Shown here in pieces: positions 61,077 to 64,000 of a stretch of 64,000 nt of DNA; position 1 is the stretch's first letter, and each line of letters opens with the position of its first letter. The DNA is taken from NCBI GenBank assembly GCA_965221695.1, contig OZ244905.1:2848001-2912000 (forward strand), given 5' to 3'. Under the pieces are notes generated by a model. It saw only the letters and a list, made by a program, of their open reading frames with translations. It was not told the origin of the DNA and made no database searches. Made by a program: the position numbers and the translations under genes. The stretch is from Gammaproteobacteria bacterium. Lineage in GTDB: Bacteria; Pseudomonadota; Gammaproteobacteria; Eutrophobiales; Eutrophobiaceae.

Positions 61077-63353
61077 ATGCGCGGTGGCATATTAAAATTG
61101 ACAGACCAAAAACGTAAAATCTTCGTTACCAGCGCATTGCCGTATGCGAACGGATCGATCCACATTGGCCACCTGCTGGAGGCGATCCAGACGGATATCT
61201 GGGTGCGTTTTCAGAAACTGCGCGGCCACGACTGCTTGTATATCTGCGCCGACGATGCGCATGGCACGCCGATCATGCTCAGCGCGGACAGCCAGGGCAT
61301 TACCCCGGAACAGTTGATCGAGCGCATCCACGCCGAACACGAGCGCGATTACGCCGGCTTCGGCATCGGATTCGACAACTTCTACACCACCCATTCTGAA
61401 GAAAACAGGGAGGTGGCCGAGGCCATTTATGCGCGCCTCGACGCCGCCGGCCACATCAAGCGCCGTACCATCCGCCAATTCTACGACCCGGTGAAAGAGA
61501 TGTTCCTGCCGGACCGCTTCATCCGTGGCGAATGCCCGTTCTGCCATGCCCCGGACCAGTACGGCGACAGTTGCGAGTCCTGCAACCGCACGTACACGCC
61601 CACGGACCTGATCAACCCGGTCTCCTCCATCTCCGGGGCGACGCCGGTGGAAAAGGAGTCCGAGCATTATTTCTTCGACCTGCCCGCGTTCGAGACCGTG
61701 TTGCGCGACTGGGTCGGCGCCGGGCGCCTGCAACCGGAAGTGGTGAACAAGCTGGACGAGTGGTTCAGCGCCGGCCTGAAGGAGTGGGACATCTCCCGCG
61801 ACGAGCCGTATTTCGGCTTCGAGATACCGGGCGCGCCGGGCAAGTATTTCTACGTGTGGGTAGACGCCCCGATGGGTTACTTCGCCAGCCTGAAGAACCT
61901 GCTGGAACGGCAGGGCAGGGACGTCGAGGAGTATATCGGCGCCGGCAGCAACGCCGAGATGTACCACTTCATCGGCAAGGACATCATGTATTTCCATACG
62001 CTGTTCTGGCCGGCCCTGTTGCACGGCAGCGGTCACCGCCTGCCCAACAACGTCTTCGTACACGGCTTCCTCACCGTGAACGGCCAGAAAATGTCCAAGT
62101 CGCGCGGCACTTTCATCAACGCCAGCGCCTACCTGGAACGGCTGGACCCGGAGTACCTGCGCTATTACTTCGCCGCCAAGTCAGGCAGCGGTGTGGACGA
62201 CATCGACCTCAACCTTGAGGACTTCCGCCAGCGCGTGAATGCCGACCTGGTGGGCAAGGTAGTCAACGTCGCCAGTCGCTGCGCCGGGTTCATCCGCAAG
62301 CGCTTCGGCGGGAAGCTGGGCCCGGCCGTCCATGACGCGGCGTTGTTGCAGGAATTTATCGATGCCGGCGAGGCCGCCGCCGCGGACTATGATGCCCGGG
62401 AATTCGCCCGCGCGATGCGCCGCATCATGGCCTTGGCCGACCGCGCGAACCAGTATATCGACCGGCACAAACCCTGGGAGATGGCCCGGCAGGACTCCGA
62501 ATCGGAACAACTGCAACAGGTCTGCTCCCTGGGCCTGAACCTGTTCCGCATTCTTGTCCTCTACCTGAAACCGGCGCTGCCCGACCTGGCACTGCGCGCC
62601 GAGGAATTCCTCAATGTGGAACCGCTGACCTGGGACGACCTGGCAACGCCACTGCTGGACCACCCGGTACGGAAGTTCAAGCCGCTGCTCACCCGGGTGG
62701 AACAAGCCCACATCGAAGCCGTGGTTGATGCCAGCAAGGGGAGCCTCGGGGGAGGTAATGGTGGAGCAAAGGACAAGAGCAACGGGTCAGAGGACGCCAG
62801 GAACAAGAGCGGTGTGGACGAGAGCAGCGGTGACGCGAGCGGCGGGACAGGGGGCAGTAAGAACAAGAGCGGCAAGCACGCGAACAGCAAGGCAGGAAGT
62901 GGTAGGAACAAGAGCAGTGGCCCCGAAAAAGGCATGGTAGGGGACGCCGGTGGCGGAACAAAGTCAGACACTGGCGCCGAAAAAACCGGAACCGGCAACA
63001 AGCATCTGCAAGATAACCCGATCGCAGCACAGATCACGATAGAAGATTTCGCCAGGATCGACCTGCGCGTGGCAACAATTTCCCACGCCGACTATGTGGA
63101 AGGCGCAGACAAGCTGCTGCAACTGACCCTGGACCTGGACGGAGAAACCAGAAACGTATTCGCCGGCATCCGAAGCGCGTACCGGCCGGAAGACCTGGTC
63201 GGCAGACAAACACTGATGGTAGCCAATCTAGCCCCCAGGAAGATGCGCTTCGGCGTCTCCGAAGGCATGGTGCTGGCCGCCGGCCCCGGCGGTGAGGACA
63301 TCTACCTGCTAAGCCCTGACCAGGGCGCCCAACCAGGCATGAAAGTCAAATAA
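61077..63353 (+). CDS. metG: Methionyl-tRNA synthetase with an expanded linker before the tRNA-binding domain
   Basis: ALPYANG.IHIGH, KMSKS, Zn knuckle, C-terminal OB fold; alternative TTG start at 61098. Confidence 0.97.
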   Translation: MRGGILKLTDQKRKIFVTSALPYANGSIHIGHLLEAIQTDIWVRFQKLRGHDCLYICADDAHGTPIMLSADSQGITPEQLIERIHAEHERDYAGFGIGFDNFYTTHSEENREVAEAIYARLDAAGHIKRRTIRQFYDPVKEMFLPDRFIRGECPFCHAPDQYGDSCESCNRTYTPTDLINPVSSISGATPVEKESEHYFFDLPAFETVLRDWVGAGRLQPEVVNKLDEWFSAGLKEWDISRDEPYFGFEIPGAPGKYFYVWVDAPMGYFASLKNLLERQGRDVEEYIGAGSNAEMYHFIGKDIMYFHTLFWPALLHGSGHRLPNNVFVHGFLTVNGQKMSKSRGTFINASAYLERLDPEYLRYYFAAKSGSGVDDIDLNLEDFRQRVNADLVGKVVNVASRCAGFIRKRFGGKLGPAVHDAALLQEFIDAGEAAAADYDAREFARAMRRIMALADRANQYIDRHKPWEMARQDSESEQLQQVCSLGLNLFRILVLYLKPALPDLALRAEEFLNVEPLTWDDLATPLLDHPVRKFKPLLTRVEQAHIEAVVDASKGSLGGGNGGAKDKSNGSEDARNKSGVDESSGDASGGTGGSKNKSGKHANSKAGSGRNKSSGPEKGMVGDAGGGTKSDTGAEKTGTGNKHLQDNPIAAQITIEDFARIDLRVATISHADYVEGADKLLQLTLDLDGETRNVFAGIRSAYRPEDLVGRQTLMVANLAPRKMRFGVSEGMVLAAGPGGEDIYLLSPDQGAQPGMKVK

Positions 63354-63399
63354 ATTACAGGACAACCAAATCCTCATGATCAGGGCGACTCATTAAATC

Positions 63400-63966
63400 A
63401 TGTCTGAATTAATCCTGATTCTCTTCGCGGCAACCCTGGTCAACAACCTGGTGACCGACCACCTGCTGGGCACAAGCCCAATGCTGGCGGCCGCGCAGCG
63501 GCTTGATGTGGCAACAGACATGGCCATGGCCGTGACGGGCATCACCACCGTGGTCGTCATCACCACCTGGCTGCTGGACAACCTGGTCATCATGCCGCTG
63601 AACCTGGAAAACTACCGGCTGCTGATACTGGTGATGACCGTCATCAGCGTCAGCCAGGCAGTGCGGATAATGCCGGGCAGGTATTGTCCGCGGCTGTTCG
63701 ACAGGGACGGCAGGTTCTACCCGCTGTTGCTGCTGAACTGTACGCTGCTGGGCGTGATGCTGCTGAGCACACAACTGGATACCGGCCTGCTTGGCGCGCT
63801 GGCGTATGGCGCCGGCGCCGGCCTGGGATACTCACTGGTACTGCTGGGCTTCACCGCGATTAACCTGCGCTTGGCCGTTACTGATCTCCCGGCGCCGGTC
63901 AAAGGCTTGCCCTTACAGATGATCACCCTGGGCCTGATCTCCCTCGCGTTCTCCGCGATCACCTGA
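63400..63966 (+). CDS. rnfA: RnfA/RsxA-like membrane subunit (divergent)
   Basis: LVNN..., PL...NC..LG, LP.P.KG.P...IT.GL.SLAF pattern; position after metG. Confidence 0.75.
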   Translation: MSELILILFAATLVNNLVTDHLLGTSPMLAAAQRLDVATDMAMAVTGITTVVVITTWLLDNLVIMPLNLENYRLLILVMTVISVSQAVRIMPGRYCPRLFDRDGRFYPLLLLNCTLLGVMLLSTQLDTGLLGALAYGAGAGLGYSLVLLGFTAINLRLAVTDLPAPVKGLPLQMITLGLISLAFSAIT

Positions 63967-63974
63967 TTTCTCCA

Positions 63975-64000
63975 ATGCTGGAATTGATTCTTGCAACCTC
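63975..64000 (+). CDS. Start of the next gene, possibly rnfB (truncated by the window)
   Basis: ATG followed by hydrophobic MLELILAT, 8 bp after the rnfA stop; identity by synteny only. Confidence 0.3.

Overview
Chromosomal window from a Gammaproteobacterium, judged from the lptD-surA-pdxA-rsmA, apaG-apaH, lgt-thyA-folA, ubiK-comM, cmoB and metG-rnfA genes. It is mostly housekeeping and metabolic. Contents: acyl-CoA catabolism with a Na+/solute symporter, trhO-cmoB, a stand-alone attenuated trpE, a nucleoside-salvage cluster (SDR, deoC, deoD, nupC, exported adenosine deaminase, two exported DUF3604 proteins), an RND pump, an NtrC/sigma-54 ammonium-uptake locus with two amtB paralogues around an RTX gene, and tRNA-Arg(CCG). 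Accessory DNA includes two toxin-antitoxin pairs, two IS remnants and a tandemly duplicated, reciprocally decayed higBA/DUF1828 islet. The most unusual signals are non-coding. A 245-bp element occurs twice, gap-free and about 73% identical by hand count, with terminal inverted repeats, a TA duplication, compensatory base changes in its stems and a retained open frame. At least three further dispersed palindrome families are present. All calls come from motif recognition by eye; no database searches were run.
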